Assembly: GCA_964016885.1 (NCBI GenBank)
Contig: CAXHJY010000850.1
Coordinates: 1-64,000 of the forward strand
Direction: 5' to 3'
DNA from: Eledone cirrhosa
Taxonomy: Eukaryota
DNA length: 64,000 nt
Positions within the stretch are counted from its first letter, which is position 1, and each line of letters opens with the position of its first letter. The position numbers and the translations under genes were made by a program. Shown one piece after another: positions 1-25,640 of the stretch. The notes under the pieces were generated by a model. It ran no database searches and was not told where the DNA came from. It was given only the letters and a program-made list of their open reading frames with translations.

Positions 1-469
1 TTTTATTCTATAAACGAGCGTAGCTGTGTGTGCCTTGGTCCTATGCAGATGTGATGACAATTGATGACGATTTGCTCATATTCTGTAAGGGATCGTGGAC
101 GTGGTGGTGCTGGTGCTGGGGGTGAGATATTTGTAAGGACCAATTACACAAACAGTTAATTATTTCTGATTTAACCACAAGCCCAACAAATCGGTAGGGA
201 GAATGATGCCGATTACATCGACCCAGTACATGACTGGTACTTTAAGTACGTAAAGGGCCATACTTAAATGCTGAAATGCGTTTTGCACGCACCCAAGCGA
301 TTATGTCAATCCTCTACTCCCTTCAAATAGTTAATTTTCTGTAATCAATTGACAAGAACCCCGGATCTCATTCACTTACCAAATGGGGTGGAATTGTCAA
401 ATTGGACCCAGGGAACGAGGTTTACATTGGCCTTGCACATCCTGACACTATCTACCTGTTGCAACTTCT

Positions 470-565
470 TGCAGAAAGAGCAGCATATCGTCTGCTTCGG
501 GAATCGAACTCACACTCTCACGTTTGCAAATCCAATTCTCTAACAATTAAGTCATGTGCCTTCAA
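470..565 (-). mobile_element. Degenerate tRNA-derived SINE head
   Basis: GGGAATCGAACTC is the reverse complement of a Pol III B box; ends in ...CATGTGCCTTCA like other SINE heads in the window. Confidence 0.5.
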
Positions 566-574
566 ATAGTTAAT

Positions 575-778
575 AATAATTTCTGATTCAGGCATAAGGC
601 CAACAATTTTGGGTGAGAAGGTCGATTAGATTGGCACCGTTGTGTTACTGGTACTTTAATTTGTCAACCCCGAAGGATGAAAGGCAAGGCTAACCTTGTT
701 TGAAACAGAACGTAAAGCGCTGTAACTATATGCTGCAAAGCATGTCGTCCGACTCTCTATACTGTAAACCCACCGCTC
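575..778 (-). mobile_element. SINE family A (tRNA-like head, Deu/Nin-like core, (ATT)n tail), diverged copy
   Basis: CTGGTACTTT..CCCCGAAGGATGAAAGGCAA core shared with more than 10 copies in the window. Confidence 0.75.
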
Positions 779-1478
779 TTTTCAAGTAGTTAATAATATC
801 TAATGGAGGCTTTTTACCTATACTGAAAACCCACCGTTCTTTTCAAATAGTTAATAATATCTAATGGAGACTTTTTACCTATACTGTAAACCCACCGCTC
901 TTTTCAAATAGTTAATAATATCTAATGGAGACTTTTTACCAATACTGTAAACCCACGCTCTTTTCAAATAGTTAATAATATCTAATGGAGACTTTTTACC
1001 AATACTGTAAACCCACCGCTCTTTTCAAATAGTTAATAATATCTAATGGAGGCTTTTTACCTATACTGAAAACCCACCGTTCTTTTCAAATAGTTAATAA
1101 TATCTAATGGAGACTTTTTACCTATACTGTAAACCCACCGCTCTTTCAAATAGTTAATAATATCTAATGGAGACTTTTTACCAATACTGTAAACCCACCG
1201 CTCTTTTCAAATAGTTAATAATATCTAATGGAGGCTTTTTACCATACTGTAAACCCACCGCTCTTTTCAAATAGTTAATAATATCTAATGGAGGCTTTTT
1301 ACCAATACTGTAAACCCAGCGCTCTTTTCAAATAGTTAATAATATCTAATGGAGGCTTTTTACCTATACTGAAAACCCACAGCTCTTTTCAAATAGTTAA
1401 TAAATCTAATGAAGGCATTTTACCTATACTGAAAACCCACCGCTCTTTTCAAATAGTTAATAATATCTAATGGAGGCA
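758..1478. repeat. 61-bp minisatellite, ~12 copies
   Basis: Unit TATACTGTAAACCCACCGCTCTTTTCAAATAGTTAATAATATCTAATGGAGGCTTTTTACC recurs at 758, 819, 880 etc. Confidence 0.95.
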
Positions 1479-1552
1479 ACAGTCCAGCAAATTTAGGTGG
1501 AGTGGCAGGTGAGGGAAAGTTGACTTCATCGACTACAGTAAGTGATTCGTAT

Positions 1553-15086
<13,534 letters not shown>

Positions 15087-15171
15087 AAACTCTTTTACTC
15101 TTTTACTCTTTTACCTGTTTCAGGCATCCGGCTGAGGCCATGCTGGGGCACCGACCTTGTTGCTACACATT

Positions 15172-15876
15172 TTATCTCCAGCCTCTATAGGTTGGCCCCT
15201 GGTGTAGGAGGGAGTTTGTTGCTGCTGCTCTTAACTTTCCCTCGTGTCTTGCTGTGGGCTCATCCGGGATCCTGGATAACAAGGTGTCGAGATTTTTCTT
15301 AAAGACATCCACCTCCACGTCATGCAAGTCTCGCAGATGCCTCGGCAGCCTGTTGAAGAGTTGAGGGCCCTTGAATCCCAGGCTATTGCAATACCTGCTC
15401 CTTATTCTAGATGTGGAAGACGGGACCTTTGGCACCACACAGTGACGTCCTGTTCGACGGTTGGTCCAGCTCCCAATGCCAAAGTTTGGTGCTAGTCCCT
15501 CCAGGATTTTCCACATGTAGATCACTGCGTATCTCTCCCGTCTTCGCTCCAAGGAGTAGAGGTTCAGTTCCTTTAGCCTCTCCCAGTAGCTTGTCTCCCT
15601 CATCTTGGCAATCCTCTTGGTGTAGCTTCGCTGGATTGCCTCAAGCTCCGTGGTTAGTTTGACACTATGGGGTGACCACAGCTGGGAGCAGTAGTCCAGG
15701 CGGCTTAGGACAAAAGTTCTCCACAGTGTCAACATGGTGTCTCGATCTCTTGTAAGGAAAGTCCTCAAGATCCAGAAAGCGAATCGTCTACATGTTCTCG
15801 CCACCTTCATGATGTGTGAAGAAAAAGATGCATCATCGCTCATGTCTATGCCCAGGTCTCGTATCGATTTTGACAC
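15172..15876 (-). pseudogene. LINE ORF2 C-terminal part (RT domain 7 / thumb onward)
   Basis: RDLG, WILRTF, RLDYCSQLWSP, LEAIQR, SYWERLKELNLYSLERRRER motifs typical of CR1/L2-type ORF2. Confidence 0.9.
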
Positions 15877-17528
15877 TATAGTTCTTGGCTTCCGCTCTAC
15901 TACCTCCTTTATGGATAGGGCATATTGTGCCTTCTTTCAGCTCCCTGGGTAGTACACCGCTAGCCAAGGAGCTTCTGAAGAGCATCTTCAGTGGAGTTGC
16001 TAAGGCCCGCTTACATATTTTTAGGAGAACTGCTGGGAATCCATCAGGTCCAGCAGCCGAGTCTGTTCTAATTTCATCAATGGCGTACACCACACCCTCC
16101 TCCGTTATGTCTATGTGGTTGATGGTTGCCATTTCTTGATGTAGTGTTGTGGCATCAAAGAACTCCTCTGGCTTCGTTATTTGCATGTGCCTCAGTGGAC
16201 ATGTGAAGACACTTTTGTACTCTTCGTTCAGTATTTCACATATCTCTTGGGGATTTTCCGTTAATGAACCGTCCGTGTGGAAGAGTGGTCCAATCTTGCA
16301 GTGTACTGAGGCAGTTTCTTTTGCAAATTTAAAGAAGGCCTTAGGGTTTGTTTTAATGTTTTCTATGGCCCTGTTCTCTTTCTTTGCCCTCTCATTCTCA
16401 TGTGAAAGTTTGAGTGCAATCTCGGTGTCAAGTAGTGCACGTTTCAAATAGGATTCCTTCTTGTTTTTGTTTTGTTGACTATTCAACTGGTTTGAGAGTT
16501 TAGTTCTACGTCTCATAAGGATTTTCCTATCTCTGGGAATAAGATTTTTGTGTCTGTTTGCCTCTTTCTCCGGGACACACTTTTTGCATATGGTGTGTAT
16601 CGTTGTCATGAAATGTTGAAATTGTGTGTTAGTGTCTTGTGTGGCGATGTTTTCACTCCATGTTTGCTTCCGGATTTCACTCTTAATCTTTTTCCAGTTA
16701 GCCTTGTAGAAGTTAAGGTTGGATAGCGTCCCGGAGCTTCTTGGTGGTTTTGTCTCTGTTGGTTCTCTTGGACCACATATCATTAGCTCTACTAAGTTAT
16801 GATCCGAGAGAATTGTTGGTGTCACCTTTACATTGTGGATGAGCACTTCGTTGTTTGTAAAACAGAGGTCCAGGACATTTTCGCCTCTTGTTGGGAGGAG
16901 TATTGCTTGCTCCATGAACAGCCTGTGTGTGAGGGCCAGCAGGGATTCCGTCTGTCTCTGTTCTATTGACGTCATTCCAGGGAGGAGGTGGCCCTCAGGC
17001 CATTTGACCTTTGATAGGTTGAAGTCTCCCACCAGTAGGATGTTGAGACCCTGGTCCAGTTTGTCAAGGACCTCTTCTATCCTACTTAGGCTATCCTCAA
17101 ATTTACCCTCATGACTGGGGGCATCGGGCGGCCGATATGTGACACATATTACTCGTCTGTAGTTGCTTCATATGTATTATCAGTGTGTCACAGACTGAGT
17201 TTGAATGTGTCAACAGTACAATTGGTGTGACATCTTCACGGATATACAGAGCAACCCCACCATGAGTTCTCTCCTTCCTGTCCGAACGAAATACAGTATA
17301 TTTCGGTATATGTATTTCTGCATCTGCTATACTGCTTGTCAGGTGCGTTTCGGTTAGTGCCATGCATAGTGCTTGATTGCTTATGGCTAAGTCTCCCAGG
17401 TAGGAAATTTTACTCATGTTGCTGAGTTTCACCAGGCCCCTGACATTCAGCAGCAGCACTGGTGTGACTTTTGGGGTGCCAGTAATGGCTGTCGGTATGA
17501 CACCTGGTCTGGTGTCAGCGGCGGCCAC
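15877..17528 (-). pseudogene. LINE ORF2 N-terminal part: AP endonuclease, linker and RT domain 0/1; frameshift near 17153
   Basis: NVRGL, LTETHL, FRSDR..GGVALY, (shifted frame) VICVTYRPP, GDFN, LDLCFTN, SDHNLV, AAGPDG, PIHKGG..KNY. Confidence 0.9.
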
Positions 17529-18393
17529 TCTGGGTCCCTTAACTGCGGTGGTCTCGAGTGCTGGTGTGGATGACCCTGGCTCTGGAGACGATGCAGCCAG
17601 GTCAGCTGTCCCACAATCTTCTCTGCCATCACTAAAAAATTTTTCTGATCTGCTGCTGCCATCTGTATCTCGTCGGCATGTGCGTGCCTTCTCCTTGTTG
17701 GTGCAGCACGCGCGACATCAGCATACTTCTGGAGCGGCTTTTTTCGGCTTTGGCTGGGGCATGTTGCGCGAGTATGATGGGCATAGTTCGTTTGAGACCT
17801 AGGGTGGGCGAATCTGCATCCCATCCCTGTCTCTCCATGCCAGCATGTCCCGTTCTTGAAAAACTTGCACATTACTTGGGGTTTTTTGCTCCCAGTGTCT
17901 CGGTGCTTTCTGTTCTTTCTTTGAACAGTTGTCCACTGGTCCCTCTGCGCTTGGTTCTCCTTCGGAAGGTGATTTCGCTTTTCACCCTTGCCCTTAGCTT
18001 GTTGGTTGCCCGACCTGCTCTCCCTGCCTGTGGCGGAGGGTATATCATTTTCTTTCAGGTCCGTGCTTGTGCTCTCCTCCTTTTCTTTTTCCTTTTCCTC
18101 TTCCTTTTCCCTCTCCTTCTCCTCATCCCTCCCTTCGGTTTCTCCTCCCTGAGGACACGGCTTAGCATCGCCATATGAGGCGCTATGAGGACATACGCCT
18201 TCTCAATTTCTTTTCTCTTTCTCTCTATCTGTGCCAGGGTCCTCAGAAACCCATGGCTCTTCAGGTTCTCCGCCATCTTTTTGCTTGGTGGAGACCCATC
18301 AGCCATGGTCCACCCCTTGATCAAAACCGCTAGTTCCATCTTTGACCATTTTCGTTGACTCCTGATTTCACATTTTTCCTGCATGCAGTCCAT
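17447..18393 (-). pseudogene. LINE ORF1 (Myb/SANT-like N-terminus, acidic linker, CCCH zinc finger), one frameshift between ~18200 and 18055
   Basis: ORF 18393-18055 plus an open frame from ~18200 that continues into ORF 17872-17447 (...EKEEEKEKE...QWTTVQRK...CKFFKNGTCWHGETGMGCRFAH...QKNFL). Confidence 0.75.
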
Positions 18394-18404
18394 TTCGCTG
18401 TGGA

Positions 18405-18593
18405 GGGGAGAAAGAGAGACAGTGGGAAGTGTAGGGTAGTGGTTAGAGAGGGACAGGGTGAGGGAGGGAGATAGAGATATAACTCCAGCGAGAAAAAGAA
18501 ACAGAAGAAAAGAAAAGAAAAGGGGGAGACAGAAGAGGGGAGCGAGAGAGATAGCGGGAAGAGTGGGGGGGGGGAGGTCAGAAGGAGAGAGAG

Positions 18594-18642
<49 letters not shown>

Positions 18643-18678
18643 CGTTGATCTAGAGAGAGGGAGAAAGAGAGCTCGTTG

Positions 18679-18721
<43 letters not shown>

Positions 18722-18740
18722 GGAAGGAGAGAGATAGAGA
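18405..18740. repeat. (GA)n / purine-rich tract, probable LINE 5' UTR (TC-rich on the sense strand)
   Basis: Direct reading; immediately upstream of ORF1. Confidence 0.7.
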
Positions 18741-19329
18741 CAGCGTGAGCAACAGCAGTTCATAAATATAAAAATAAATTTTTTTTTTTAAATTTAAATT
18801 AATGAATGGAAGAAACCGGAAACATAGAGAGATAGAAACACGATGTAAGTTGTATATATAAGCTGAATGTAAATGTTTGTTTACAAATATACGAAGTTAT
18901 TGTAATATCAGCATATCATACAAGAAACAACGAAATCGGGTCAAATACAGATAAGATTATACCAAATCAAACAAGATTATATCAAATTAAATTATGTTAC
19001 TCAGAAAAATCAAAATTAATACAAGATCTGCTTAAGTTAAACCAAAATGCTCTGTATGGCAGTCAAGAAAAATAGAAAGCACGTGTGTGTGTTGTCTCCT
19101 ATGAAGGAATCATACAGTGAAAATAAACATGTTCAAAACGGTAATATATGTAAAATATACTTCAAAATAATTGCGTCAAAGCACAAAAACTTATCTTTTT
19201 TGTATGTTTTCCTTGTCCTCTGAAGAATTAAAACCATACATAAATCCGATTACTGTCGATTTAAAATATTAAAATTTCAAATCTGGAGAGACGACAATTC
19301 ACGTCTTATACCAACAAGTGCCAAGCCTA

Positions 19330-19614
19330 TATATTATATATATATATTATATATATATTTATATATAATATATATATATAATATATGTATATATATATAT
19401 TATATATATATTTATACATATATATTATATATATATTATATATATATTTATATATATATATTAAAATATATATTATATTTATATTTATATATATATATTA
19501 AATATATATTATATTTATATATATATATATATTATATATGTATATATTATATATATTAAATATATATATATATATTATATATATTTTATATGTATATATG
19601 ATATATATATATAT

Positions 19615-19658
<44 letters not shown>

Positions 19659-20672
19659 ATGTATATATTATATATATATTATATATGTATATATTATATA
19701 TATATTATATATGTATATATTATATATATATTATATATATATATGTATATATTATATATATATTATATATGTATATATTATATATATATTATATATATAT
19801 ATTATATATATTATATATATATTATATATGAATAATATATATATATATTATATATATATTATATATATATATTATATATATTATATATATATTATATATA
19901 TATATTATATATATATATTATATATATATATTATATATATATTATATATGTATATATTATATATATATATTATATATATATATTTATTAAAATAACAGAT
20001 TAAAGTTTAAGTAAAGAATCGCTGCTTTCACCCTTAACGGGATCTTCTGAGTTTCAGAAGACCCCGTTAAGGGTGAAAGCAGCGATTCTTTGCTTAAACT
20101 TTAATCTGTTATTTTAATAAATATTTGCTCTACGGTTCTTATATATTTGATATATATTTATCCTTATCGAGCCCTCTTTGGATTTTAGTCTTCAATTTTA
20201 TTATTATTACTATTATATATATATATTATATATATATATATATTATATATATATTATATATGTATATATTATATATATATATAATATATATATTATATAT
20301 GTATATATTATATATATATATATTATATATATATTATATATATATTATATATATATATTATATATATATATATTATATATATATATTATATATATATTAT
20401 ATATATATATATATTATATATTATATATGTATATATTATATATATATTATATATATATTATATATATATTATATATATGTATTATATATGTATATATTAT
20501 ATATATATTTATATATATATATTATATATATATATTATATATATATAATATATAATATATATATATATTATATATATATAATATATATATATATTATATA
20601 TATATATTATATATTTAATATATATATATTATATATATAATATATATTATATATATAATATATATCTATATA

Positions 20673-20718
<46 letters not shown>

Positions 20719-21186
20719 ATATATAATATATATACATAATATATATATATTATATATATATATATTATATATATATATATTATATATATATATATTATAT
20801 ATATATATATTATATAAATATAATATATATCTATATAATATATATATATATATATAATATATAATATATATACATAATATATAATATATATATATATATA
20901 CAATATATAATATATATATATATATATATAATATATAATATATATATATATATATAATATATATACATAATATATATAATATATATATAATATATAATAT
21001 ATGTATATATATATATATATAATATATATCTATATATAATATATATATAATATATATCTATATATAATATATATATAATATATATATAATATATATCTAT
21101 ATATAATATATATATAATATATATATATAATATATATATAATATATATATATATAACATATATATATATATATTATATATATATAT

Positions 21187-21224
<38 letters not shown>

Positions 21225-21228
21225 TATA

Positions 21229-21268
<40 letters not shown>

Positions 21269-21409
21269 TATATATATATTATATATAATATATATTATAT
21301 ATATATATTATATATTATATATATATATATATATATAATATATATATATATATTATATATATATATATTATATATATATATTATATATTATATATATATT
21401 ATATATAGA

Positions 21410-21448
<39 letters not shown>

Positions 21449-21556
21449 TATATATATATTATATATAGATATATATTATATATATATATACATATATTAT
21501 ATATTATTTATATATTATATATATTATGTATATATATTATATATTATATATATATA

Positions 21557-21590
<34 letters not shown>

Positions 21591-21714
21591 CATATATTAT
21601 ATATATATATATATTATATATATATATATAATATAGATATAAATTATATTTATATAATATATATATATAATATAGATATATAATATATATATATTATGTA
21701 TATATATTATATAT

Positions 21715-21746
<32 letters not shown>

Positions 21747-21762
21747 ATATATTATATATATA

Positions 21763-21819
<57 letters not shown>

Positions 21820-21944
21820 ATATATTATATATATATATATATTATATATATATATATATATTATATATATATATATATTATATATATATATATATTATAT
21901 AGATATATATTATATTTATATAATATATATATATAATATATATG

Positions 21945-21986
<42 letters not shown>
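19330..21986. repeat. Degenerate (TA)n array interrupted by a palindromic module at 19980-20200
   Basis: Direct reading. Confidence 0.95.
19980..20124. repeat. Near-perfect inverted repeat with ~70-bp arms
   Basis: 19980-20050 is the reverse complement of 20054-20124 with about 2 mismatches. Confidence 0.95.
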
Positions 21987-21991
<5 letters not shown>

Positions 21992-22064
21992 TCGTTGGCC
22001 TATTGGTAGGTGTTAAAGATGTCAAAGATCTTGGTCCCGAGTTCAATCTTGCCCAGGCACTACA

Positions 22065-22099
<35 letters not shown>

Positions 22100-22265
22100 C
22101 TTAGGTGCGTGGCTGAGTGGTAAGAGAATAGAATTCACAATCGTGTGGTTGTAAGGTCGATGCGTTATGTCCTACTGGAGTTGCGACCGATAGAAAGTAT
22201 TAGCAGATGGAAAGACCAACGGAAACATCGCTCCCTCGGTCCGATTTGACGAAAGTCGATCAACT
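22100..22265 (+). mobile_element. tRNA-derived SINE, family C
   Basis: A-box-like TGGCTGAGTGG; body homologous to the reverse complement of 24050-24283. Confidence 0.55.
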
Positions 22266-22303
22266 GTATATATATATATATTTTTTTTTATTTTATAGAA
22301 GGA

Positions 22304-22351
22304 GCTTCTACAGGACTAGTACTGTTTCATTCAGATGAAATCTTCAGGAAG
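22304..22351 (-). ncRNA. Type I hammerhead-like motif (mirror copy in inverted repeat)
   Basis: cttc CTGAAGA tttc-atct-gaat GAAA cag..ctg TA gaag; U-U at the base of stem II is non-canonical. Confidence 0.55.
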
Positions 22352-22376
22352 ATTTCATCTGAAGATTTCCTGAAGA

Positions 22377-22423
22377 TTTCCTGAAGATTTCATCTGAATG
22401 AAACAGTACTAGTCCTGTAGAAG
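22377..22423 (+). ncRNA. Type I hammerhead-like motif (Penelope pLTR type)
   Basis: tttc CTGAAGA(22381) stem II GAAA(22400) CAG..CTG TA gaag; stem III near-palindromic ACAGTACTAGTCCTGT. Confidence 0.55.
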
Positions 22424-22511
22424 CTCCTTCTATAAAATAAAAAAAATTTACTCTGCCATGTATTGAGTACCTTACTTACTGTGGTTATCCCCGACTCAAC
22501 CCGGGACCTAC

Positions 22512-22548
<37 letters not shown>

Positions 22549-22811
22549 TGGTGTTTTAAATAAACATGTTTTAACTGTTTGTTCTCCTTCATAGATTTCT
22601 TCACGTATATATATATATATATATATATATATACGTATGTATGCATATACATATATCATATTTATATGTTTATTAATATATATATATTAATATATATTTG
22701 TTTATATATATATGTATATTTATACACATATGTATATTTATACACAGATGTATATTTATACACAGATGTATATTTATATATGTATATGCGTATATTTGTA
22801 TATACACATGT

Positions 22812-22918
<107 letters not shown>

Positions 22919-23179
22919 GACATTCATTATGTAGACATAACTCACTCTCAGTCAACTGTCACACGAAAGAGCGACGCATCATTGATGAAGTTACTTCTTT
23001 ATATTTGAAAGAAAGGAAAAAAATTGTTTTGTGTTACCTTGTCATAATCGATTACCAGTGATTGTCTACCTACCTACCTATCTATACATCTACCTACCGA
23101 TCTATGTATGTACCTATCTATCTATGTATTTGTCTGTCAATCCATCTACCTATCTATCTCCCTACCTATCTATCTATCT

Positions 23180-23555
23180 TTTTTTCAAATACCACTTTGG
23201 AAGAAGAATCAGGATGGAGAGAGAGGTGCTGTGCCCCAGCAAGTTTTATGAAAAGTGGGTGAAAGTAGCGAGAATGGCCGGAGTTAATGGGCCTTCTCTC
23301 TATATGAGCCTGTAGGTTGAGGAAAAGGAGGAGGAGAGGAAAGGAGTACAAACTCTTCGTACTCCTGGAGATGAGGGTTGCACATTTTTTCGGGGGTATG
23401 TGTTACCCATATGAACTGTCTACCACTATTGGGGAAAATCGACTAATTTATTAAATTGCATTTGTGATAGTATTTTACACGTTTTTATTGTATGTAAACT
23501 TCCCCCTTTGTATTTGTCCCCTTCTTTTGTGCCCCTGTGGCTAATAAAGAAACAT
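23180..23555 (+). mobile_element. Tx1/L1-group retrotransposon 3' fragment
   Basis: FFKYHFGRRIRMEREVL..KFYEKWVK resembles a Tx1 ORF2 C-terminus; T-rich 3' UTR ending AATAAAG; second copy at 63728-64000. Confidence 0.65.
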
Positions 23556-24049
23556 ATCTATCTATCTCTCTATATATATACACACCTACCTACATACTTC
23601 TATTCATCTATCTACACACATCCACACACATACATACACACACATATATGTTATTATAATTCAATTTGAATAACGACCTAGGTGAGGGGAAAATGGTGAG
23701 AGACTGAGACAAGTATGGTATAAGATTCTCTCTCTCTCACCCTCTTCTGTCAACCGTAATTACATTTCTTTCTCATTCCACCTCCCTCAATAGCTTTACC
23801 TTTAGTCTGTCTACTTAAACATTGATTAGACAACATTTATTTTAAGATGAAGAAATAGAACTGATTGTCTTATCACATCAGTCGGTGTCGAATTTCAAAG
23901 TCATTGATATGCTGTGATAAATATCACGAATATTTACCCAACAGTCACGGGTTTTTATGAAAAGTGTCATAGCTATCCTTGTCTCTCTTCACTAACGAAA
24001 GAAGAACAAAATAAACAAAACTTAAATACACAAACGTTAACAATCTATT

Positions 24050-24283
24050 GTATCGATAGTCGATCAACAAGATCACAGACATCATTCGCTCAACGAGTGG
24101 GGTGGAGCTCGTCAGATAGGACAGGACAATGTTTCCATTGTTAATACTATCTGTCGGCCGCAGCTCCCGGCAGACGGAGCAACGTGAAATAAAGTGTCTT
24201 GCTCAAGGACATAACGCATCACCCTGTCTAGGAATCGAAATTGCGAATTCAATTCTCTAACCATTCAGCCACGCGCCTTCACG
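24050..24283 (-). mobile_element. tRNA-derived SINE with CORE-like segment, family C
   Basis: GAAATAAAGTGTCTTGCTCAAGGAC and GGAATCGAA (B box, reverse complement). Confidence 0.65.
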
Positions 24284-24744
24284 AATCTACCATATGAGAC
24301 TAAGATATCATCATTTGATATCTTATAATATATAGACAGTGTGATAAAAGGCACGAATATTTACTTAACATTTTCTGGAAAAGTGTCTTAATTATTGTAG
24401 CTATCCTCACTAAGCCACACACCCCTCTCCCAACATATGAGGTTAGGTTTTTAAGGATATGATATACATCAATTGATATATTATCCCATGCAGACTGTAT
24501 GATAAATAGCGAGAATACTTGCCCAAGAATTCCGGGGTTTTTATGAAAATGTTTCATAGTTATTGTAGCTGTCATCACTAAGACAAATTCCCCCTCCCAA
24601 ACATTTAGGGATATAATATATATCAATCGGTATATTATCCCACACAGACCGTGTGATAAATATCAAATATCCACCAGTCAAATTTTTTTTAATAAAAAGT
24701 GTCATAGTTATCGGTGTCTCTCCTCACTAAGCCAAACAACAAAA

Positions 24745-25050
24745 CCAAATAATTGTTGCTACTTTTGGCACAAGGCCAGCAATTACTCCAGTGCATTACT
24801 GGTACTTTATGTTATCGACCCCGAAAGGATGAAAGGCAAAGTTAACCTCGGCGGGATTTGAACATTTCCAAATAATTGTTTCTACTTTAGGCACAAGGCC
24901 AGCAATTACCCAGTACATTACTGGTACTTTATTTTATCGACCCCGTAAGGATGAAAGGCAAAGTTAACCTCGGCGGGATTTGAACTCAGACTGTAAAGGG
25001 ATGTAACTATGCTAGAAAGCATGGCGTCCAGCCCTCTACCGATACTGCCA
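24745..25050 (-). mobile_element. Two tandem SINE family A copies (one 5'-truncated)
   Basis: Core ATCGACCCCG.AAGGATGAAAGGCAAAGTTAACCTCGGCGGGATTTGAAC present twice. Confidence 0.85.
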
Positions 25051-25291
25051 TGAAGCTAAATACAGTATGGGGATAACATTTAGTGATATAATATTGATCA
25101 ATTTATATGTTTAATCGTGTAATAAATAGCGCAAATATTTATCCAAATATTTATCCAAATATTTATCCAAATATTTATCCAAAAGTCTCGGTTTTTTTTT
25201 TCTTCTGAAAAGTGTCATAGATATCTTTGTTTCTCCTTCACTAAGTAAAAAAACAAACAAAACAAATTGAAAAGAAGCTAAATGATACATA

Positions 25292-25640
25292 TCTTCTTCT
25301 TGTCGTGTCCACAAGAGTGTCAGTTACAAAGTTTGGCTAGATGTGTACTACAGCTGAACACATTGCTGGTTTTTTTCATTAAACTCTCCCAAGTCTAATG
25401 CTGTGCAGGGGTGTTCCAGCTGGGGACATGTCAGGAGGTGCTGCATAGACTCTGGTTCGATGCCACAGTCACACACAACGACGCCATCCTTTAAATATCC
25501 CCATTTTGCAAGAGTGACTTTTGCACGTGCAACACCAGATCTTAGTCCATTTAGGCATTTACACACTGCATAGTTTGTATCTGCTCCAGGGGGATGTGCC
25601 TCACTTGCCTTTCGCTCCATTGTTGTTACTGATGGGAGGT
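25292..25640 (-). mobile_element. Ingi/Vingi-like non-LTR retrotransposon 3' fragment
   Basis: LNGLRSGVARAKVTLAKWGY...CDCG....MQHLLTCP (CCHC knuckle); tail GACACGACAAGAAGAAGA. Confidence 0.75.

Larger units (their letters stand above)
15087..18760 (-). mobile_element. CR1/L2-group non-LTR retrotransposon, near full length but defective
   Basis: ORF1 + APE endonuclease + post-RT region; 3' tail (GTAAAAGA)3 at 15087-15115; 5' boundary approximate, beyond the (GA)n tract. Confidence 0.9.

Noticed and set aside
758-1478. CRISPR-like periodicity in the 61-, 79- and 110-bp arrays
   Set aside because: Units repeat over their whole length with no unique spacers; no cas genes; eukaryotic context
15411-18178. 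Plus-strand ORFs overlapping the LINE
   Set aside because: Antisense shadows of the minus-strand coding region with no recognisable motifs
18940-19330. KLCYSEK..LN motif and CTGAAGA suggesting another Penelope end
   Set aside because: Too degenerate (no GAAA core, weak protein match) to list as a feature
21988-22065. tRNA-like sequence; also SINE heads at 31070-31147 and 54938-55010
   Set aside because: A/B boxes present but no complete cloverleaf; SINE-derived rather than tRNA genes
25133-25182. 12-bp repeat x4 giving an LDKY-repeat peptide
   Set aside because: Local slippage within the old ~150-bp repeat unit; no coding evidence
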